From Methanothermobacter thermautotrophicus str. Delta H (GTDB taxonomy: Archaea; Methanobacteriota; Methanobacteria; Methanobacteriales; Methanothermobacteraceae), in contig NC_000916.1 in NCBI RefSeq assembly GCF_000008645.1, positions 840,001-872,000 on the forward strand: DNA of 32,000 nt, in the 5' to 3' direction. Of this stretch, positions 9,415 through 17,926 are shown one piece after another. Position 1 is the stretch's first letter; every line of letters starts with the position of its first letter. A program made the position numbers and the translations under genes. The notes beneath the pieces were generated by a model. It was not told the DNA's origin, ran no database searches, and was given only the letters and a program-made list of their open reading frames with translations.

Positions 9415-9457
9415 TCAATCACCCCCAGGTTCAGGTTCCATGTCAGAACCTTAAGTT
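9381..9457. repeat. 30-bp perfect direct repeat (9381..9410 and 9428..9457) separated by 17 bp
   Basis: ggttcaggttccatgtcagaaccttaagtt present twice; the first copy is the 5' end of the EEP CDS and the second lies immediately upstream of its SD. Confidence 0.97.
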
Positions 9458-9508
9458 ATCCTATAGAAAATTGTGATGCCCATTAACTTAAACACAACCG
9501 GAAACATT

Positions 9509-9556
<48 letters not shown>

Positions 9557-9573
9557 TAGGAGTTTTTGAGAAG

Positions 9574-10397
9574 ATGAAAATAAATAAGATCCATACACTA
9601 ACAGCCCTCATAACACTTATGGGGCTCTTTGCAACACTATCTGGCCTCCTGGACCAGAACACATACATCAACGACTCATTATCAGCAACTGCACAGATGA
9701 TGGGCCAGGACCTCGTGACACTCACCACAGGGATCCCCCTCATAATCATTTCAGCATACCTTAGCCGTTCCTCGGCCAAAGCCAGGCTGCTGTGGATGGG
9801 TGGAATGTTCTACTTCACCTACACCTATGCCTCCATGGCCTTCCTCGCATCCTACAACAGTCTCTTCCTCCTGTATGTGGGCATACTTGCCTTATCACTC
9901 TACGGCCTCATGGGAGAGCTGTTCACAACCACCTACAGGGTTAATGTTGATGATAAAAAATCAGGCTTCACAGCCATCTACCTCACCCTCACCGGATTAA
10001 TGCTGGCAGCCATGTGGATCAAGATGATCACAGATTCCCTGATAACCGGCATGGCCCCGGGGCCTTGAGGGCTACACAACCCTCGTCATACAGGCACTCG
10101 ACCTCGGCGTCGTGGTTCCAGCGGCCCTCCTCACATCATACTTCCTCCTGAAGAGAGAAGTGTGGGGCTACGTCCTTGCACCGGTATTTCTTGTCAAGGT
10201 ATCATTACTGGGAACAGCCATACTCTCAATGGTGCCTTCATGGCCATGGAGGGGGTCCCATTCAGCTGGGGGCAGGCTGGCTTCTTTATGGTCCTCACCT
10301 TCACAGGCCTGGCGTCACCGGGATTTTCTACCGGGGAATGGCAATCACATCAGGGAGGTTGACACTGGATGAAGGATATGCAGGCAATACGGGATGA
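9574..10397 (+). pseudogene. Multi-pass membrane protein disrupted by three apparent frameshifts
   Basis: Hydrophobic frame 9574..10068 continues in other frames as LEGYTTLVIQALDLGVVVPAALLTSYFLLKREVWGYVLAPVFLVKVSLLGTAILSM, then AFMAMEGVPFSWGQAGFFMVLTFTGLA, then TGIFYRGMAITSGRLTLDEGYAGNTG* ending at 10397. Confidence 0.78.
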
Positions 10398-10866
10398 ACA
10401 CCGGGAGACAAGGGAGTCCATGGAGAGGTACATACTGGTAGCCCTCTTCCTCATCGAGCAGCGCTGGAGCTACATAGTGAGCCGCGAGTTCCGCGAAGAT
10501 GGCATAACAGCAAAGCAGTGGCTCTTCATGGTGATCCTTGGAAACGTCTTTGAAAGGCCCCCCTCAATGCAGGAGATGGCTGATGCCATGAGCAGCACCC
10601 ACCAGAACGTCAAGCAACTTGCAGTTCGCCTTGAGGATAAGGGACTCCTGAGAATAAAACAGGACCCTGAAAACAGGAGGATGCTGCGCCTCGAGCCAAC
10701 AGGGAGGTTCCATGAGTTCTGGGCTGGCAGAGATGAGAGAGACGCCGCCACCCTGAAATCCCTCTTCGATTCACTTGACGATGAAGAGGTCAAAATCCTG
10801 TTTAACGTATTTTCAAAGCTTGAGGAAGCCTCAAAGCAGCGCTATATGGAATACCGTGCGAGATGA
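10369..10866 (+). CDS. MarR family transcriptional regulator
   Basis: 165 aa; ITAKQWLFMVILGNVFERPPSMQEMADAMSSTHQNVKQLAVRLEDKGLLRIKQDPENRRMLRLEPTGR is a MarR winged helix; overlaps the end of the upstream membrane gene. Confidence 0.88.
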   Translation: MKDMQAIRDEHRETRESMERYILVALFLIEQRWSYIVSREFREDGITAKQWLFMVILGNVFERPPSMQEMADAMSSTHQNVKQLAVRLEDKGLLRIKQDPENRRMLRLEPTGRFHEFWAGRDERDAATLKSLFDSLDDEEVKILFNVFSKLEEASKQRYMEYRAR

Positions 10867-10870
10867 TCAG

Positions 10871-11602
10871 ATGCTAAGAAAAAGATTTGAAATGGAAGTT
10901 AGAGAAGAACTCAGAAAGGTTCATAATCTGAATGAGAGGGAACTGCCAGGGTTACTTGCAGGATACCTTGAATCCTCCGGTCTCCCCCATGACCCTCAAA
11001 ACCTCCTGATCAGGTGGGCTGACTCAAAAATAAGGAGAGGACCCCGCTGGATGAATGTGGACATGACCCAGATCAACACTCCAGCACCCTTCAGGAGCGT
11101 TTACATAAAGGGCCGTTTTTTAGGAATACCCCTTGAGGGCCTTGACACGTATTCCGGAGGCCATGGAGAAATGACCATCAGGGCCCTGAAATTTCTGAAG
11201 GTCGCAGAGGAGCGTGGAGATCCTATGGACGTGTCGGCCCTTGTAACTCTACTCTCAGAGGCCCCATTTCTACCGTCCCTCTTCCTTGCAGAGTGTACGG
11301 AATGGTCACAGCTGGATGATGAAAGGGTTGAGGGTAGAATCAGGGACCATGGCATCACTGCCAGTGGTCTGTTCACCTTCGATGAGCATGGAAGGTTCCT
11401 GAAATTCTATACAGAGGACAGGTACTGTGCAGAGTTCAACATGGAGCAGCACCCCTGGAGTGTTGAGGTGCTATCATACAGGGATACCGGGGGTTTTATC
11501 TATCCCACGGAGTGCACCGCAACATGGCACCTACCGGAGGGTGACCTGAAGTACTTCCATGGAAGGATCGGAGACGCAAGGTTCAACATAAGGACGCTTT
11601 AA
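10871..11602 (+). CDS. Conserved protein of unknown function (possibly DUF6544-like)
   Basis: Start taken at ATG 10871 (MLRKRFEMEVREELRKV...); ORF extension upstream overlaps MarR. Family name given with low certainty. Confidence 0.65.
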   Translation: MLRKRFEMEVREELRKVHNLNERELPGLLAGYLESSGLPHDPQNLLIRWADSKIRRGPRWMNVDMTQINTPAPFRSVYIKGRFLGIPLEGLDTYSGGHGEMTIRALKFLKVAEERGDPMDVSALVTLLSEAPFLPSLFLAECTEWSQLDDERVEGRIRDHGITASGLFTFDEHGRFLKFYTEDRYCAEFNMEQHPWSVEVLSYRDTGGFIYPTECTATWHLPEGDLKYFHGRIGDARFNIRTL

Positions 11603-11678
11603 TTTGTCCGGATCACTCCATGGATTGAAGAAAATTCAGGGCACTTTAAATATATTATGAAACATAGGATATACTGTT

Positions 11679-12410
11679 ATGAAAGAACTCTATCCATTCA
11701 TTTTCAGAAGAAAGTCCACTAGAAAGTACAGGGGCCCCGCATCAGAGGATGAACTCAGGGAAATTGAGGACCGCCTTGAGAAAATTGAACCCCTCCTGGA
11801 GGATTTTGATACCGAATTCATGCTCCTGGAGAGGGATGATGTGAGGACCCGGATGCAGCGGCCGGCCCCCCACTATATAGCAGCCTTCTCAGATGGCTAT
11901 GTGGGGAAGGTGAATGTGGGATTCATGCTCCAGCAGATGGACCTCAGAATCTCAGGCATGGGCCTCGGGAGCTGCTGGCAGGGGATCCCGAAGCCAAGGG
12001 GTCATGTGAAGTCTGAACTTGATTTTGTCATACTCCTGGCCTTTGGTGCTGCAGCTGAACCCGTCCACAGGGAGCACTCCGAGTTCAGGAGGAAGCCCCT
12101 CAGTAAGATAACGGACATAGAGGGGCTGGATGATGTCCTCGAGGCTGTGAGACTTGCACCCTCAGCTGTTAACAACCAGCCATGGTACTTCACCGGTGGA
12201 AATGGAAAGATCCATGCCTACTGCCAGGTGCAGAGCCCCCTCAAGAGGCGCCTTGTGGGGAGGTGGAACCCCATAGATATGGGGATAGCCCTTGCACACC
12301 TCAGGATCTCACTTGAATACCACGGGTACCGGTCTGAATTCAGAATCCTTGACGGGGTGGATGAGCTTAAAAACTACACCTACACCGGTACATTCATCTA
12401 TGGGGAGTGA
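11679..12410 (+). CDS. Nitroreductase family protein
   Basis: FIFRRKSTRKYRG...HYIAAFS...NVGFMLQQMDLRISGMGLGSCWQG...AVRLAPSAVNNQPW; TTTAAATATA promoter element upstream. Confidence 0.85.
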   Translation: MKELYPFIFRRKSTRKYRGPASEDELREIEDRLEKIEPLLEDFDTEFMLLERDDVRTRMQRPAPHYIAAFSDGYVGKVNVGFMLQQMDLRISGMGLGSCWQGIPKPRGHVKSELDFVILLAFGAAAEPVHREHSEFRRKPLSKITDIEGLDDVLEAVRLAPSAVNNQPWYFTGGNGKIHAYCQVQSPLKRRLVGRWNPIDMGIALAHLRISLEYHGYRSEFRILDGVDELKNYTYTGTFIYGE

Positions 12411-12412
12411 AA

Positions 12413-12856
12413 ATGAAGAATAAAGCTCTGGTGGAATTCCTGGGGGATAAGGAATTTAGAAACTCTGAGTTCGTGGCTGGCATTGTAGCCAACCTCGTCC
12501 TCATCTACATCATAAACAGTGTGATGAACTGGGATATCTCCTTCATTGCAGATTCCTTCAGGGACCTTATACCATTATTAAATGCTGTGATAGGAGCCAA
12601 TCTGGCTGCGAATGCCTGTTTCCTCATCTACAGGAGGCAGTGGTTCTGGACGTTCATGCAGATCATCCTGAGTGCACTGGGGTACCTTATGGTCTCATCC
12701 CTTTACAGTGTATTCCCCTTCACCTTCAGGAACCTCTATGTGTTCTACTCTGTCAGGTTCGCCCTCCTTGTTGCAATGGTCGTCCTTGCGGTTGCCGTAT
12801 TCCTTCATGGCCTCAAATTTGTGCTGAAGTTCGTCCTGAAGATTGACCTGGAATAG
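12413..12856 (+). CDS. Small multi-pass membrane protein
   Basis: About 147 aa with several hydrophobic segments; start next to the nitroreductase stop (alternative GTG 12407). Confidence 0.7.
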   Translation: MKNKALVEFLGDKEFRNSEFVAGIVANLVLIYIINSVMNWDISFIADSFRDLIPLLNAVIGANLAANACFLIYRRQWFWTFMQIILSALGYLMVSSLYSVFPFTFRNLYVFYSVRFALLVAMVVLAVAVFLHGLKFVLKFVLKIDLE

Positions 12857-12866
12857 AATTCGGGAA

Positions 12867-13157
12867 TCAGTCCCTGAATATGGCTGAGGCCGTGTTCATT
12901 GCAGAGCCGGCCCTTATCAGTGCCGCCACCGCCGCGGCCTCTGCCAGTTCCCCCTCTGTTATACCTGCCTCAAGGGCCTCCTCTGCGTGTCTCCGTGTGC
13001 ATGCATCACACCTGACTGCAACCGAACATGCCACTGATATGAGAAGTTTCTCCCTCTCCGTGAGTTTACCCTCAGATCTAACTGCTTCCCTGAAGTTTTT
13101 GAATGATTCCGCAACTTCAGGTAGTTCCTCAAGAAATCTGTCTGCTCCTGTCTTCAT
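12867..13157 (-). CDS. Carboxymuconolactone decarboxylase/AhpD-like protein
   Basis: LISVACSVAVRCDACTRRHAEEALEAGITEGELAEAAAVAALI; CxxC...H signature of the CMD/AhpD family. Confidence 0.87.
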   Translation of the reverse strand: MKTGADRFLEELPEVAESFKNFREAVRSEGKLTEREKLLISVACSVAVRCDACTRRHAEEALEAGITEGELAEAAAVAALIRAGSAMNTASAIFRD

Positions 13158-13190
13158 GTTCCTTAAGCTGACATCATCCCTTAAATACCT

Positions 13191-13586
13191 TCAGGGTATG
13201 GGTATGCCGTGGGGGCACCTTGCCGGGTTCCTCAGGTACCTCATGAGTGCCAGCTCTGTTTCCCTGAAGAGCTCGTGCTTCATGCGGGAGGCCTCCTCAT
13301 AGGATGAGTCGAGGTCCATTCCAAGGACGTTGTGGAAGAAGCACTCCAGGATCATGTGCCTCCTTAGAACCATCTCTGCAATCTCCCTTCCCTCATCTGT
13401 GAGTTCAGCCCCCAGGTATGGGTGGTAGATGACAAGGCCCATTTCATGGAGTCTCTTGAGCATCTGGGTTACACTGGCTGGTCTGACGTTCATCCTTGAT
13501 GACAGGTCAGAGGTTTTAACGATCCCGTGACTACTTAACCTGTATAATGTCTCGAGGTAGTTTTCCATGCTCCTTGTGAGTTCCAT
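13191..13586 (-). CDS. DtxR/MntR family metal-dependent transcriptional regulator
   Basis: MELTRSMENYLETLYRLSSHGIVKTSDLSSRMNVRPASVTQMLKRLHEMGLVIYHPYLGAELTDEGREIAEMVLRRHMILECFFHNVLGMD; start taken at ATG 13586. Confidence 0.9.
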   Translation of the reverse strand: MELTRSMENYLETLYRLSSHGIVKTSDLSSRMNVRPASVTQMLKRLHEMGLVIYHPYLGAELTDEGREIAEMVLRRHMILECFFHNVLGMDLDSSYEEASRMKHELFRETELALMRYLRNPARCPHGIPIP

Positions 13587-13597
13587 AAAGACACCAA

Positions 13598-13613
13598 TTG
13601 AATATATATTCAA
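13598..13613. promoter_or_regulatory. 16-bp perfect palindrome ttgaatatatattcaa in the divergent promoter region, candidate operator
   Basis: Perfect self-complementarity; lies 12 bp upstream of the DtxR-like start, downstream of a TTAAATA element. Confidence 0.5.
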
Positions 13614-13652
13614 AACCTATTTAAGTTTTGTCATTTATATTCATGAAAGGTG

Positions 13653-13952
13653 ATGGATGTGCTTGAGATACGCGTGCATGAGATAAGGGGTAAGTGCCCG
13701 GTGCACCGGGAGGGGGACCGGATAACAGTTGACGACCATGAGATAGACCTTGAAAGGACAGACGCCCTCTGCACACACGCCCTATCCACGATCCTGCACT
13801 ACACCACAATCCTTGAGAGGAACTGGTGTCCTGTGGAACTTGGACTCACAGTGGACGGCGACGAGGAGCACGCCTACATGCAGTGCGTGGACCCTGGCGA
13901 ACCCTACACAGATGGCGGCACAGTCATATTCCAGGTTAGGGGACTCAGATAA
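13653..13952 (+). CDS. TIGR04076 family protein
   Basis: About 99 aa, VLEIRVHEIRGKCPVHREGDRITVDD...CTHALSTILHYTTILERN...AYMQCVDPGEPYTDGGTVIFQV; SD AAAGGTG before ATG 13653. Confidence 0.75.
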   Translation: MDVLEIRVHEIRGKCPVHREGDRITVDDHEIDLERTDALCTHALSTILHYTTILERNWCPVELGLTVDGDEEHAYMQCVDPGEPYTDGGTVIFQVRGLR

Positions 13953-13967
13953 GCTGGAAGGGAAACC

Positions 13968-14303
13968 ATGTTCTCAGACTGCAGATTCGGCTCCGTGACC
14001 TACAGGGGACGTGAATACAGATCAGACATCGTGGTGCACGTTGATGGGAGTGTGACACCAAGGAGGAAGGAGATATCAAGGAGGAAATACGGGACATCCC
14101 ATGTCATGGCAGAGGAGGAACTTGAGGAACTCCTGGAAGAGAAACCTGAATCCATAATCATAGGCTCAGGGGTCCATGGAGCCCTTGAAACCGGGTTCAG
14201 ATCAGATGCAACAGTTCTTCCCACCTGTGAGGCCATAAAGAGGTACAATGAGGAGAGGAGTGCCGGTAGGAGGGTTGCGGCCATAATACATGTGACCTGC
14301 TAA
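13968..14303 (+). CDS. Mth938 domain-containing (DUF498-type) protein
   Basis: FGSVTYRGREYRSDIVVHVDGSVTPRRKEISRRKYGTSHVMAEEELEELLEEKPESIIIGSGVHGAL. Confidence 0.88.
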   Translation: MFSDCRFGSVTYRGREYRSDIVVHVDGSVTPRRKEISRRKYGTSHVMAEEELEELLEEKPESIIIGSGVHGALETGFRSDATVLPTCEAIKRYNEERSAGRRVAAIIHVTC

Positions 14304-14866
14304 TCGACAAGGCCCTCCATGTAAAGCCGGGCCCAGTAGTACCTCAGCATCCTCCTCCTTTCGGTGCAGTCCGGCATCTCAGATTCGAGGATACCCCAGA
14401 ACCTCGGGCTGTGATTCATCTCCCGGAGGTGGGCCAGTTCATGGAGCACCACGTACTCCACCATCCTGTCCGGGAGATGGGAGAGGAGGGTGTTGAAGCT
14501 CAGATTGCCCCTGGAGCTGCAGCTACCCCAGCGGGACCTCATCCTCCTGAAACGGACCCTCCCATATTCGACGCCCAGGACATCAGAGTAATGGTCCAGG
14601 AATCCGCTGACCAGTGATCTCAGTTCCTTATCCCGCCGGTACTCCAGTTCCATGTCAGATGCCCTCTCAAGCATCTCATGGAACTCATGGATCTTCCTCT
14701 GGATCCAGTCACTCCTGGATGATAGAACCTCCATGGGGTCCCCGGTGAAATCTGCGGGGAGTATCAGACGCAGGCTGTCGAATCTCAGCTCAATCCTCGG
14801 GTTCTTAACCCTCCTGTATATGACCTCACATCTAACCTCCAGGTCCCCGGCCATGAATCTGTCCAT
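14300..14866 (-). CDS. YgjP-like (DUF45) M48-type metallopeptidase
   Basis: RMRSRWGSCSSRGNLSFNTLLSHLPDRMVEYVVLHELAHLREMNHSPRFW, HExxH motif; start ATG 14866 (TTG 14887 is an alternative). Confidence 0.87.
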   Translation of the reverse strand: MDRFMAGDLEVRCEVIYRRVKNPRIELRFDSLRLILPADFTGDPMEVLSSRSDWIQRKIHEFHEMLERASDMELEYRRDKELRSLVSGFLDHYSDVLGVEYGRVRFRRMRSRWGSCSSRGNLSFNTLLSHLPDRMVEYVVLHELAHLREMNHSPRFWGILESEMPDCTERRRMLRYYWARLYMEGLVD

Positions 14867-14870
14867 TTTA

Positions 14871-17800
14871 TCACTGATACCTCTCAAATATTTTCATAAG
14901 ATCTTCCTGTGCTTCATCGGCGATCTGCCTTCTTTTGGGCGCATCCTTCGGGAGGTTCCTCAGGAGGAAAACCCTTATGATTCTCATAACATTCCTCTTA
15001 ACGCTCTCCTGGGACGTCCATCCAGGGAATATGTTCCCATCAACCTCCTCTGTAAGGGCAACAGCATATTCCTTCAGTTTATCCTCTGGTATACCTCTAC
15101 CCCTGAGGGTCATCAGGACCGCGAACTCCTTCTCGTCAAGACCGAGCTCCTTCATTCTGCGCTCCTCCTTCCAGATCTCTCTTATGATGGCAGCGCCCTC
15201 CCTGTAGAGTTCCTCGTAGTCCATGGTTTTCTCCCTCCACTGTTCCAGGAGGCGTTCAACCTTTTCAGCCACCGATTCATAGATGGGGTTCCTTGTGCCA
15301 TTCCTGAGGACATATGAGTTGAGTGTGTAGACTGTTAAGGCAGCCTTATCCCTTATATCCCTGACCTTCCTGAGGTTTTCAAAGTAATCGGAGTCAAATT
15401 CTATTACCGGGAGTTTACTTTCTATTTCCCTGAACTCTGTGGTCCTGTGGATGTATTTGAGGGTTTTCTGGTAATACCTTTCAGTTTCGGCTTCAACTGA
15501 TGGTTTCCTTGATACGACTCTCTGATAGTATGTGTAGATGACCGTGAGCCACCTGTAATCCTTGAGGCCATGCCTTATGAAGGGCTGGTCAGAGAGCAGC
15601 TCGAAGAGCCTTCTGAGTTCACGGTAATTCTCTGTGAATTTCTTTTCGAGTTCTTCATCAGAGGTTATGAGTTCAACCGCGTCGGAGAGGACCTCAATAT
15701 CCATCCCATCCCATTCAAGGTCGCTGAAGATCCTGAGGGTCTCCCTGAGTAGCTCCTCGTATTCCCTCTTCATGGATTCCATATCGTATACTGCGCCCTC
15801 ATACTCCTCCTTACTGTAGAGCTCAAATGCGCGCCTCAGTTCCGCCCCCATGACTCCAATGTAATCTATTATGAGGCCTGCCTCCTTGACGTCCCTGTAG
15901 GGTCTGTTTGTTCTTGCAACTGCCTGCAGCAGTCTGTGTTCCTTCAGTGGCTTGTCGAGGTACATGGTCTGGAGTATGGGTGCGTCGAATCCTGTGAGGA
16001 GCATATCCGTCACTATGAGTATCCGGGGGTTCCTATCAGGGTCCCTGAACCTTTCCAGTACCAGGTTTTTAATCTCATGGTGGTTCCTGCCATGGTATTT
16101 ATCCATGAGTTCCTCATCATAGGCCCTTATTATCTCCTCGTCCCGTGGAGTGTAGGTCATTACGATCTCAGAGTACTCTGGTGGGAGGTGCCTGTCGAGT
16201 TCCCTCTTGTAGAGGACGCATGCCCTTCTGCTTGGAGCCACAACCATGGCCTTGAATCTTCCATCGATGTTCTCTTTGAAGTGTTTCGCGATGTCCTCTG
16301 CTATTAGCTCTATCCTGCGAGGGTTCTCGAGGATGGTTTTTATGGTGTCCAGTTTCCTTTTAACAGATTCCTCAACGTCCTTCCTTATGGATTCTGGCAG
16401 TTCCTCGAATTCCACACCGATGAATGCCTCCAGGTGCTTCCTGTCAAGGTGGACGTCACCTGCGAGTCTCGGCTGATAGGTTATCTTCACGGTGAAGCCG
16501 TCCCTTATGGAGTCTGTTATGAAGTACTGGTGGATGTATTTCTCTTCGGGGGGGTATGCGAACCTATCATAGGTGTCGCGTTCCCTCTTTGATATGGGTG
16601 TTCCTGTGAAGCCGAAGAAGAACGCTGATCTCAGCATGTCCTTCATCTGGGCTGCCAGGAGGCCATACTGACTCCTGTGGGCCTCATCAATGAAGACTAT
16701 GACGTTCTTCCTGTCCATTATGGTTTCTCCTCCATGTTCCCTGAGTTCGGCTGTTATATCATCAAGTTTGTCTGTGAATTTCTGTATGAGTGTTATGAAT
16801 AGGCCCCTCTTTCCCCGGTAGTCATCGCTGGCTATTGTTCTCTTTAATTCTGCTATGGATTCTATTCTTTCAGGCTGGTGGATTTCCAGTGCCGCGAGTT
16901 CTGCGTATAACTGTTCCTCAAGTTCTCTGCGGTCCACTATGAAGAATACTGTTGGGTTCTCCAGTTCCTTCATCCTGTAGAGTTTACTGGCCGCGAATAT
17001 CATTGTCAGGGTTTTGCCTGATCCCTGCCAGTGCCATATGAGGCCCCTGTTCCTTTTATCTTCTCCCCTGATGTTCCTAAGGACCCTTTCAACTATCCTC
17101 TCAGCTGCATGGTACTGCATGTGCCTTGCTATGACCTTGGTTGTTGATCCGAACTCTGTCCTTATGTAGATGTAGTTCCTGATGAAGTCGAGCACCCTTT
17201 CTGGTCTGAGGAGTGGGAGTATATCTGCGGCCGGGAGTCCTGTGTGGTGCTCATGGCCCTGTTTTCTGGATTTTTGAGGGAGTTTACCATCCGTCTCCCT
17301 CCACTCGAAGGTGGGGACCTCATCAAGCCAGGGAACTATCGGGAAGTACCTTGCAAAGTCTTCAGCAGCGACACCCATCTGTACGTACTTGTAGAGTTCC
17401 GGCACTGTCTTCTCATAGTCCTTTATCTGCCGGTAGGCGTCCGCCCATGTCTCTGACATCCCCACGGGGTTTTTGAGTTCTATGTTCACGAGGGGGATGC
17501 CGTTGATGAAGAGCATTATGTCTGTCCTTATGGTCTGGTCACCACGACGGAATACGACCTGCCTTGATGCTGTGAATGAGTTGTGGCTTGGGGTATCGTG
17601 GTCAAGGATTTTGACCTTCCTGGGTTCCCCTGTTGTGGCAGATTTTATGTAAACGCCATTTTTAAGGTATTCAAGTATCGATTTGCATCCCTCAATGCTT
17701 GCTGCTTTACCCCGGAGCTCTTGGATGACCTGCTGTATATCATCATCCTCTATATACTGGTTGATCCTTCTTATGGAGTCTATCAGCTCAGATTCTATGA

Positions 17801-17912
17801 GGGGGTTTTCAGGGTCATCCCTCCCAAGTTCGGCGGCCGGTATATCATTCCAGCCCATTCCCCTCAGTTCCTTCATGAAGTAGTCTTCAAGGGCCTCCTC
17901 ATTTAATTTCAT
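14871..17912 (-). CDS. hsdR: Type I restriction endonuclease subunit R
   Basis: 1013 aa; Walker A WHWQGSGKTLTMIFAASKL, DEAHRSQYG, FFGFTGTPISKRERDTYDRF, TDMLLTGFDAP, QAVARTNR; nuclease region NPLVNIELKNP-like (GIPLVNIELKNPVG). Confidence 0.97.
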   Translation of the reverse strand: MKLNEEALEDYFMKELRGMGWNDIPAAELGRDDPENPLIESELIDSIRRINQYIEDDDIQQVIQELRGKAASIEGCKSILEYLKNGVYIKSATTGEPRKVKILDHDTPSHNSFTASRQVVFRRGDQTIRTDIMLFINGIPLVNIELKNPVGMSETWADAYRQIKDYEKTVPELYKYVQMGVAAEDFARYFPIVPWLDEVPTFEWRETDGKLPQKSRKQGHEHHTGLPAADILPLLRPERVLDFIRNYIYIRTEFGSTTKVIARHMQYHAAERIVERVLRNIRGEDKRNRGLIWHWQGSGKTLTMIFAASKLYRMKELENPTVFFIVDRRELEEQLYAELAALEIHQPERIESIAELKRTIASDDYRGKRGLFITLIQKFTDKLDDITAELREHGGETIMDRKNVIVFIDEAHRSQYGLLAAQMKDMLRSAFFFGFTGTPISKRERDTYDRFAYPPEEKYIHQYFITDSIRDGFTVKITYQPRLAGDVHLDRKHLEAFIGVEFEELPESIRKDVEESVKRKLDTIKTILENPRRIELIAEDIAKHFKENIDGRFKAMVVAPSRRACVLYKRELDRHLPPEYSEIVMTYTPRDEEIIRAYDEELMDKYHGRNHHEIKNLVLERFRDPDRNPRILIVTDMLLTGFDAPILQTMYLDKPLKEHRLLQAVARTNRPYRDVKEAGLIIDYIGVMGAELRRAFELYSKEEYEGAVYDMESMKREYEELLRETLRIFSDLEWDGMDIEVLSDAVELITSDEELEKKFTENYRELRRLFELLSDQPFIRHGLKDYRWLTVIYTYYQRVVSRKPSVEAETERYYQKTLKYIHRTTEFREIESKLPVIEFDSDYFENLRKVRDIRDKAALTVYTLNSYVLRNGTRNPIYESVAEKVERLLEQWREKTMDYEELYREGAAIIREIWKEERRMKELGLDEKEFAVLMTLRGRGIPEDKLKEYAVALTEEVDGNIFPGWTSQESVKRNVMRIIRVFLLRNLPKDAPKRRQIADEAQEDLMKIFERYQ

Positions 17913-17926
17913 GTTCTATCCCCCCC

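Noticed and set aside
9381-9457. Repeat-spacer-repeat resembling a minimal CRISPR unit
   Set aside because: Only two copies, 17-bp spacer, no palindromic repeat, no cas genes, and the repeat is part of a coding sequence; the 25105..25200 pair has an unrelated repeat sequence and a different spacer length.
10775-10870. N-terminal extension of the 275-aa ORF
   Set aside because: Overlaps the MarR coding region out of frame; ATG 10871 directly after the MarR stop is more likely.
14652-15317. 221-aa plus-strand ORF
   Set aside because: Antisense to hsdR and the metallopeptidase; low-complexity Ser/Leu composition typical of shadow ORFs.
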